Virus record (IMG/VR): IMGVR_UViG_2124908030_000005
Source: an uncultured virus (IMG/VR IMGVR_UViG_2124908030_000005)
Lineage: Duplodnaviria > Heunggongvirae > Uroviricota > Caudoviricetes > Thumleimavirales > Hafunaviridae
Direction: 5' to 3' (one strand)
Length of the DNA: 46,708 bases
The notes beneath the pieces are model-generated. The model was not told where the DNA came from. It saw nothing but the letters and a program-made list of their open reading frames with translations, and ran no database searches. Every line of letters begins with the position of its first letter. The first letter of the stretch is position 1. Shown in pieces: positions 40,940-46,708 of the stretch. Both the position numbers and the translations under genes were made by a program.

Positions 40940-41326
40940 TTACCGCTCGTAGCGAATCCGGTAGTCGTCGTTCTCTCGCACTATGCAGGGGTCATCGGTA
41001 GCAACAATGCTCTGGAGCGCAATCTCTGCGCCCTTGTCGTAGTGATTAATGTCTGCGTTCTCTGCCATCGTGTCGGCTTCTGCGTAGAAGTCGTCGGGGT
41101 GCGTGGGGCCATCGAGGGGCGTCACCTCTGCCTGTTCTAACTCGATTACACGCTGGTTCTCGCACTCTCTGCCAGTGCCGTAGAAGGTTTCGTCGTGCTT
41201 TTCTGAGTGTCGGCGGCTCGTGACCTCCACGAAGTTGCACTCCATGACGACGATAACGCGCTGTTCAAGAAATTCTGGTTCACCTACGGGCAGGAAATTA
41301 CAGTTGTGGCTGTTGAATGAAGTCAT
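40940..41326 (-). CDS. Hypothetical protein
   Basis: 128 aa ORF flanked by mini-tRNA elements. Confidence 0.6.
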   Translation of the reverse strand: MTSFNSHNCNFLPVGEPEFLEQRVIVVMECNFVEVTSRRHSEKHDETFYGTGRECENQRVIELEQAEVTPLDGPTHPDDFYAEADTMAENADINHYDKGAEIALQSIVATDDPCIVRENDDYRIRYER

Positions 41327-41350
41327 GATAAGAAGTGGGTCGCACCGCAG

Positions 41351-41394
41351 TAGCCACTCAGGAATCGAACCTGAGATTAACTACCAGTTAGCCA
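41351..41394 (-). ncRNA. Mini-tRNA-like element
   Basis: TGGCTA-actggtagttaat-CTCAGG-TTCGATT-CCTGAG-TGGCTA. Confidence 0.65.
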
Positions 41395-41401
41395 GAAACC
41401 G

Positions 41402-41848
41402 TTAGTTGACGTTCGCGTAGTCTTTGAGCCGCTTGAGTTTCGCCTCACTCATGGTCTCAATGTCAACAAGATCGTCGTCGTCGCGTTGCTTGAGATCAAA
41501 GTCTGTCTCGATACCGGCGTTGAGCAACTTTCGATACGTCTTTTCTCCCACGCCGGTCACGTTGTCCCACACTTGTTCCTCCGCGTCAATGGCACCCGGC
41601 ATGACCGGCGACTCGGGGCACTCGTCGGCTGACTCATAGCGCCCCGCACCGATCTGCTCGGCTAGTGTGTCAGTGAATTCTGTCTTGTAATGTTGCTGTC
41701 CGTTCTGTTGCAAGACGACGTTAGACCGAAGCAGAGTCCGGTCGTCGTCGGTGTACACTACTCGGTACATTGTGTCGTCTGTTCTGGTGTCTACGTACAG
41801 GTCTGTTTCTTCGACGCTGACGCTATCGGAGTAAGTGATTTGACTCAT
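41402..41848 (-). CDS. Protein with a C-terminal helix-hairpin-helix domain
   Basis: VTGVGEKTYRKLLNAGI...DLVDIETMSEAK. Confidence 0.65.
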   Translation of the reverse strand: MSQITYSDSVSVEETDLYVDTRTDDTMYRVVYTDDDRTLLRSNVVLQQNGQQHYKTEFTDTLAEQIGAGRYESADECPESPVMPGAIDAEEQVWDNVTGVGEKTYRKLLNAGIETDFDLKQRDDDDLVDIETMSEAKLKRLKDYANVN

Positions 41849-42414
41849 AAGAGGTCGGATGCGGAGTTGTAGTCGAATGCCTGTGCGAGTTTGTCTTGGC
41901 GCTGTTGAAGTGTCTCACAGCGACCGTCAACCATGTTCTCGGTGGGATTCTTGACCACTTGCTTGATAAAGATGTCTTGCACGAGATCGTCGGCTTTGAA
42001 CCATCTCTGAACTGTGTTCCAGTTGTAGATGAGGTCCCACGCATAGCCAGCCATCGTGTCCCAGAAGGTGGGTGGGTGGCGTGGCTGGTTGGGCTGGGTG
42101 CCAATCTCGATGTGGACTGTCTCGTGGAGCATAATCATCAGCAACGGCTCCATGTACGGGTCAATGATGCCGTGGCCTCTGGCCCACTTCATGTTGACGC
42201 GAAGGCTTGCACCAACTGCTGTGGGGCCACATGACGCTGCGAAGTTGCGGTCGAAGGATTCGTAGTCGAGTTGCTTCATGGCAAGCGGATACCTGCCGAG
42301 GTTCGGATGCTCTGGCTCACAGAGATTTGCCACCTTGAGAAAGAGCTTTGCTACGTCGTCAATGTCTAGTTTGCCTCTACGTGGAAGTCGTGGATTAGTT
42401 GGGTGCATACTCAT
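41845..42414 (-). CDS. SprT/WLM-like zinc metallopeptidase domain protein
   Basis: MLHETVH...HPPTFW. Confidence 0.6.
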   Translation of the reverse strand: MSMHPTNPRLPRRGKLDIDDVAKLFLKVANLCEPEHPNLGRYPLAMKQLDYESFDRNFAASCGPTAVGASLRVNMKWARGHGIIDPYMEPLLMIMLHETVHIEIGTQPNQPRHPPTFWDTMAGYAWDLIYNWNTVQRWFKADDLVQDIFIKQVVKNPTENMVDGRCETLQQRQDKLAQAFDYNSASDLL

Positions 42415-42426
42415 ACAGAGATTAAA

Positions 42427-42801
42427 TCAGGGGTACTCGAAGTCTGTTTCGAGGCCGTCGCCGCCGTTGAAGGCGTTGATCTCACGCAACTGTTCTTCTT
42501 GCCAGCGGCCACACTCGACAGCCTGCCGTGGGTCGTGTACTGCCGTCCAGCCGGTGATAGTAACTGGAACCTCGTCGGTTTTGTTGTAACCACACAGAAT
42601 GTAGACTTTCACACCGTGGTAATCGTTGCACCACTCGATGTCAGCACTGCCCGACGCGGTGCTGATGTCACCGTGGCGAATCGTTTGATACGCCAACTGC
42701 ATCGTCAGGTGCCGCTGATCGTCTTGGATAACGTCAGATGAAAAGTGGTTAGAAATATCATACTCCGAAGGGTCAGATGGGAAATACTGAAATAGATTCA
42801 T
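42427..42801 (-). CDS. Hypothetical protein
   Basis: 124 aa ORF; ISNHF...TIRHG...VTITGW is reminiscent of DUF4258-like proteins (weak). Confidence 0.5.
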   Translation of the reverse strand: MNLFQYFPSDPSEYDISNHFSSDVIQDDQRHLTMQLAYQTIRHGDISTASGSADIEWCNDYHGVKVYILCGYNKTDEVPVTITGWTAVHDPRQAVECGRWQEEQLREINAFNGGDGLETDFEYP

Positions 42802-42836
42802 GTGTCTATTCTATAGTCTGTGTGTTTAGTTGTTTG

Positions 42837-43385
42837 CTATAGCGCACCGAGTCCATGTTCTTCTGCCGTCTTGATAACGTCGAGCAGCGTGCTGTCATAC
42901 ACTTCATCGAAGTCATTTTGCTGATCGAACATCCGACCGCCGCCAAGACACTCGACCACCTCAATGTCACTGGACTGCATGACACCCTCGGTGGCTGCTC
43001 TCTCACGAACCGTTGCGCCGTACTTGTGACAGTACGATTCATCAACAACGAGCCGGTGGCCTTCGCGGTTGATCTGGCCCGAAATCCAGTCACTCCACGA
43101 CTGCGCTCGGTCTTGTTCGTTGTAAATGTGAGCAAGACGCGACCACTCTTTGTCTTGCAACTGCTCCATGCGCCGCTCGATCTCGTCTTCATGAACCGGA
43201 ACCATCTCTGTCCCGACTGCACCGTGCAAGTTGTCGGTGGCGAACACGTAGTCGAGGAACAAGTAACTGCGATTGTTTCGTGCTACGAGAGCATCGAAGT
43301 TGTACTGGATTCGGCTCCCGTCGCGGGTCATTTCCGGCGTTGTTTCTGTTTCAAATTCGTCTGGATGGGTGTAGATTACACTCAT
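42837..43385 (-). CDS. Hypothetical protein
   Basis: Acidic ORF; start reassigned to MSVIYT at 43385. Confidence 0.6.
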   Translation of the reverse strand: MSVIYTHPDEFETETTPEMTRDGSRIQYNFDALVARNNRSYLFLDYVFATDNLHGAVGTEMVPVHEDEIERRMEQLQDKEWSRLAHIYNEQDRAQSWSDWISGQINREGHRLVVDESYCHKYGATVRERAATEGVMQSSDIEVVECLGGGRMFDQQNDFDEVYDSTLLDVIKTAEEHGLGAL

Positions 43386-43415
43386 AAGTAAACTCAGCAG
43401 TAGGATGCTAGCCAC

Positions 43416-43456
43416 AGTGAAAGGCGGAATCGAACCGCCTCTATGCCAATTTCACT
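43416..43456 (-). ncRNA. Mini-tRNA-like element (perfect 7+5 bp stems)
   Basis: AGTGAAA-ttggcataga-GGCGG-TTCGATT-CCGCC-TTTCACT. Confidence 0.8.
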
Positions 43457-43462
43457 AAGGAG

Positions 43463-43648
43463 TTACTGGCAGCCAGCGCAGAGGTCTCGTTTACCTTCCT
43501 CAGTGTGATATACGTGCCACCCGTTCCTCTTAGAATAGGCTCGCGCTTCTTTTACCGTGTCGAATTTGCTGGGAACTTCGACTGAGCAAATACAGAATTT
43601 GCCTTGCGAGCCGTCACAAACTAGCGTGATAGTGTTTTTTGCTGTCAT
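43463..43648 (-). CDS. Small Cys-rich protein
   Basis: LVCDG...C...GW...DLCAGC. Confidence 0.55.
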   Translation of the reverse strand: MTAKNTITLVCDGSQGKFCICSVEVPSKFDTVKEARAYSKRNGWHVYHTEEGKRDLCAGCQ

Positions 43649-43785
43649 TTTTCGCTCACTATAACCGGAGCGCCGTAAGCCGCGAGTGCCCGTTCTTGGG
43701 CCTGAATATTATCTCTCGCAGTGATACTATCAATTGCTGTTTTATGTCCTACTTCGTCTAATTCGTAAACAATGAATTCACTCAT
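43645..43785 (-). CDS. Small hypothetical protein (46 aa)
   Basis: MSEFIVYELDE..., overlapping both neighbours. Confidence 0.5.
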   Translation of the reverse strand: MSEFIVYELDEVGHKTAIDSITARDNIQAQERALAAYGAPVIVSEK

Positions 43786-43930
43786 TACTAAGTTGATCTC
43801 GCAAAATATCTCTTGTATGATAGATGGAGTCCGATGGTTGACACATGGACCTTTTCTCGACTCTATCAATCGTTGCTTCTACTTCTAACAATGCAATTCG
43901 TGCTTCGTTGTCGGTTAGAGTTACAGTCAT
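43778..43930 (-). CDS. Small hypothetical protein (50 aa)
   Basis: MTVTLTDNEARIALLEVE...LSNE*, starting 29 nt after a mini-tRNA element. Confidence 0.5.
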   Translation of the reverse strand: MTVTLTDNEARIALLEVEATIDRVEKRSMCQPSDSIYHTRDILRDQLSNE

Positions 43931-43959
43931 AGTAAACAGAGCAGTAGGATGCCAGCCAC

Positions 43960-44000
43960 AGTGAAAGGAGGAATCGAACCCCCTCTATGCCAATCTCACT
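43960..44000 (-). ncRNA. Mini-tRNA-like element
   Basis: AGTGAGA-ttggcataga-GGGGG-TTCGATT-CCTCC-TTTCACT, with G-U substitutions relative to the 43416 copy. Confidence 0.8.
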
Positions 44001-44302
44001 TATTTCCTAACGGGGTTCTTCTGTGGTGTGCGCTTCGGGTCTGGGTTCACCTCACTTGGCATGGCAAAGACGTATCTCTCGCTTTCTGTGCAGTGAGCCA
44101 CTTGGAAACGATTTCGCCGCCGCTGGACTTTCGCCCGCAGCGTGACCTCCGGCAGTTGTCGGCCTTCGCCGTTGACGAAGTACCAACCGTTGTTGTAATC
44201 TGGCCGGTGGTTTTCCGGGTCCATGTTATTTTTCTTCATCCATTCAACTAATGCTGCGAGCCTGTACTTCCGCTTTGTCTGAGATGTATCTTGAAGTGTC
44301 AT
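44000..44302 (-). CDS. Basic hypothetical protein
   Basis: MTLQDT..., flanked by two mini-tRNA elements. Confidence 0.55.
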   Translation of the reverse strand: MTLQDTSQTKRKYRLAALVEWMKKNNMDPENHRPDYNNGWYFVNGEGRQLPEVTLRAKVQRRRNRFQVAHCTESERYVFAMPSEVNPDPKRTPQKNPVRK

Positions 44303-44326
44303 TGTAAGAAGTAACCGTAACCGCAA

Positions 44327-44371
44327 ACAGTGAACGGGAATTGAACCCGAAACTAACTACCTTGTCACTGT
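44327..44371 (-). ncRNA. Mini-tRNA-like element
   Basis: ACAGTGA-caaggtagttagtt-tCGGG-TTCAATT-CCCGt-TCACTGT. Confidence 0.65.
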
Positions 44372-44396
44372 ATAATAGGGGACCTAGAGACTAAAG
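44366..44396 (-). promoter_or_regulatory. Conserved viral promoter-like motif
   Basis: CTTTAGTCT-CTAGGTCCCC-TATTATACAGTG, abutting the element. Confidence 0.6.
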
Positions 44397-44404
44397 GCTG
44401 TTGT

Positions 44405-46099
44405 TTACGTCTTATCGCATATGATCGTGACCGTACTGAGCAACTCATCGAGAGTGTGGCTGCTGATCTCACCCATCAGGTGGGAGAGATTGTCAATGCC
44501 ACCCTGTTTCTCGACGGTCTTCCAGTAACGGTTCGCGTAACTTCGACCGTGACTAGGTTCTTCTTTGCTACTGAAGCGGTGTGCTATCTCGTGTTGCATT
44601 GTTTGCCAGAGTTCTGGAACCCACTGCACCCACTGGTTGGACTCCGTTGCTGAATCTGTGATTGTGATACTGTCAACGCCGTTCGTCCACGCATGAGCCA
44701 CGTCAGACTCACCGAATGTCACTTCGTAGTAGTCTGGGACTTCTTCATGCTGATGGGCAATGAATCGAGCCACACCGAGTTTCTTACGTTGCATCGGCTT
44801 GAGATCGTATTCATCAACTTGCTCAAACTGAGTGTGGATGCCTTCATCTGAGGCTCTGTCTTGAGCATCGAATGTGCCGGGCTTGTCGGGGTTGTCGTCT
44901 TTCGCAAACTTTGCAACAGCGCCATCATCTTCGTTGAGAACAACTAACCCGAAGGCTTCTTCGAGCCGGTCGGCAGCCTTGTTGCCCTTGTTAGCGTAGC
45001 CAATCTCTGCCTGCTCCATGACATGATTGTAGGAGACGTAACTCTCAGAAGCCGTCTCGAACACCTCTTTGTCGCCGTGCTGCTGGGTCTCGCCTTTGTT
45101 GAGCATTCGGTCAGCGTAAAACTCACGAGCATCGTCGTTGAGATGCCCAGCATGGTCGAACACTTCTGCTCGAATATCAACCAATACCTCGTTGAGTTGC
45201 GTCCAGATCGGACAGCCACTCTTGATCTCGTTGCGAGCGAAGTTGAGGCGAAGATTTCTCTCGGTAACAATCGTGCCTTGGAGGCCCCGAGACTGCACAT
45301 CTTTCACCATGATGCCGCCGGAGTGAACGGTGAGGTCTCCGTTGCCATGCCGAACGCCAATGTGAACGTCGCCGGTCATTTCTGACTGGTACGTTGTTGA
45401 GTGCGTTGGCTCACCGTTCGCAGTCACATCTCGCGGGTCGCCATTGCTGATACAGACACCATTGAGGCAAACCTCTGTGTCTCGCACTGATTCGAGGAAA
45501 CGGAAGCGGTCTTTGAGGTTGCCCTCATAGTCGTCCCACCTCCAAGACGTATCGCTGGGAACCTCGTCGGGGTAATGCTTGACAAGGATGCCCATGCCGT
45601 CGTAGAATCCTGCCGTTCCAAACTTCTCTAGGATGAGATGTGCCCACTCTGGGTCTTGTTCTGCAACTATGTCAGCGGCGTCACTCAGCGGCACAGTCCG
45701 GGCTTCGAGGCCCCAGTTGGTAATGTCAAAGAGCAGGGCAGTTGTGCCGGAAGCGAACATCGTCTTGCCTTTGGCTATAATCTGACCTTTGCCGATACCG
45801 AATTCGCCAATCGAAGCATGATCGTCGGCGTCTTTCGAGGACTCACCCATCGTTGTGAGGAGATCGAGTCCTTGCTGTTGGGTCAATTCTACACCGGAGC
45901 CATTGTCCTCGACGAAGGAGAAGTCCGTGTCGTAGTCCAGCGAGACTTTTGTTGCGCCGGAGTCAATGCCGTTCTGGATGGCTTCTCGCCAGCCTTTCTC
46001 TAGGTTGTCAGCCTGATCGACAATCACGGAGCGAACCAGACTGTCGTTTGCGTCAATGTTGTGAGTCTCTGCGTTCATCTGCGTTGAGTTGTCACTCAT
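44405..46099 (-). CDS. GHKL (Hsp90/MORC-like) ATPase with a C-terminal HExxH motif
   Basis: REAIQNGIDS, VEDNGSG and IGEFGIGK boxes; MQHEIAH...HG near the C-terminus. Confidence 0.8.
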   Translation of the reverse strand: MSDNSTQMNAETHNIDANDSLVRSVIVDQADNLEKGWREAIQNGIDSGATKVSLDYDTDFSFVEDNGSGVELTQQQGLDLLTTMGESSKDADDHASIGEFGIGKGQIIAKGKTMFASGTTALLFDITNWGLEARTVPLSDAADIVAEQDPEWAHLILEKFGTAGFYDGMGILVKHYPDEVPSDTSWRWDDYEGNLKDRFRFLESVRDTEVCLNGVCISNGDPRDVTANGEPTHSTTYQSEMTGDVHIGVRHGNGDLTVHSGGIMVKDVQSRGLQGTIVTERNLRLNFARNEIKSGCPIWTQLNEVLVDIRAEVFDHAGHLNDDAREFYADRMLNKGETQQHGDKEVFETASESYVSYNHVMEQAEIGYANKGNKAADRLEEAFGLVVLNEDDGAVAKFAKDDNPDKPGTFDAQDRASDEGIHTQFEQVDEYDLKPMQRKKLGVARFIAHQHEEVPDYYEVTFGESDVAHAWTNGVDSITITDSATESNQWVQWVPELWQTMQHEIAHRFSSKEEPSHGRSYANRYWKTVEKQGGIDNLSHLMGEISSHTLDELLSTVTIICDKT

Positions 46100-46130
46100 G
46101 GAAAGAAACACGGCAGTAAGATGCCAGCAT

Positions 46131-46171
46131 GGAGGGAGACGGAATCGAACCGCCTCTATGCCAATCCCTCT
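46131..46171 (-). ncRNA. Mini-tRNA-like element
   Basis: aGAGGGA-ttggcataga-GGCGG-TTCGATT-CCGTC-TCCCTCc. Confidence 0.75.
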
Positions 46172-46646
46172 AGTATTTCTGCGGCTCCCAATCGTCGTGC
46201 TTATTTACTTCATCTCTCATTTTTTCATACAGAGTATCATGAATATCATCTTCAGTAAGATTAGTCACACTAGCCAGTGAAAGTATGTCTACGTTTTGCT
46301 CTAACCATTCGTAAGTATTTTCTATCAATGTTGTTTTGTGGTCTATCGAACGAGGGTCCAAATCATGTGTTCTTCGTCTTAGAAATTCTTTGTCTTGTTC
46401 CACTGAATACTCAGCCATTGTTTCAGCAGGAAATTCAGTGTAAACTATACAGTCTACGATAGCAGTCATTTGATCTGCAATAATTTCGCTTGATTCTTCG
46501 TCGTGGTAGCGAATATGACCATGTGATTTTCGAGAACTAGAGAGTGTCTGGTGCGGATGTTTGGTGTCGTTGTATGTTGCGAACACGGTTTTTCTGTCAA
46601 TTTTTTCGTCTCGGTTGTAGAACAGCCGCTCTGTTTGTTCGTGCAT
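46170..46646 (-). CDS. Hypothetical protein
   Basis: 158 aa acidic ORF flanked by two mini-tRNA elements. Confidence 0.6.
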   Translation of the reverse strand: MHEQTERLFYNRDEKIDRKTVFATYNDTKHPHQTLSSSRKSHGHIRYHDEESSEIIADQMTAIVDCIVYTEFPAETMAEYSVEQDKEFLRRRTHDLDPRSIDHKTTLIENTYEWLEQNVDILSLASVTNLTEDDIHDTLYEKMRDEVNKHDDWEPQKY

Positions 46647-46677
46647 TGTAGTAAACTCAGCAGTAAGGTGCTAGCAT

Positions 46678-46708
46678 AAAGGGAGACGGAATCGAACCGC
46701 CTCTATGC
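46678..46708 (-). ncRNA. Mini-tRNA-like element, 5' end cut by window edge
   Basis: ...gcataga-GGCGG-TTCGATT-CCGTC-TCCCTTT. Confidence 0.7.

Noticed and set aside
27345..46708. GGTTCGATTCC repeats as true tRNA genes
   Set aside because: Only 9-14 nt separate the acceptor 5' strand from the T-stem, leaving no room for D and anticodon arms.
40895..46708. Repeats as a CRISPR array, given the Cas4-like gene
   Set aside because: Spacing is irregular (hundreds to thousands of bases) and contains whole genes. There is no cas1 or cas2, and solo Cas4-like nucleases are common in archaeal viruses.

Overview
The window is a gapped scaffold of a haloarchaeal tailed virus with myovirus morphology, inferred from its acidic proteins, tail sheath and baseplate J. 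The + strand (1-22217) carries the virion module in order: capsid, head-tail joining, sheath, tube, chaperone with a +1 frameshift, tape measure, baseplate and an Ig-like tail fibre. A tyrosine integrase with a long structured leader follows. The - strand (24490-46646) carries PolB, a Cas4-like nuclease, a metallophosphoesterase, an AEP primase, a P-loop helicase, a DinG helicase, a GHKL ATPase and many small ORFs. A small + strand island holds a C2H2 protein, a TFB-like fragment and an ERCC4 nuclease. The most notable feature is a set of at least 11 mini-tRNA elements of about 41-46 nt in - strand intergenic gaps. Each has an acceptor-like stem, a GG-containing linker and a T-arm with a TTCRA(T/C)T loop, but no anticodon arm, and the stems covary between copies. 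Three further signals stand out: a neck (HK97 gp10-like) gene apparently split by a roughly 1500-aa repeat plus metallopeptidase payload, a five-copy promoter-like motif, and a duplicated baseplate hub segment across assembly gaps. All functional calls come from motifs and synteny read by eye; no database searches were run.
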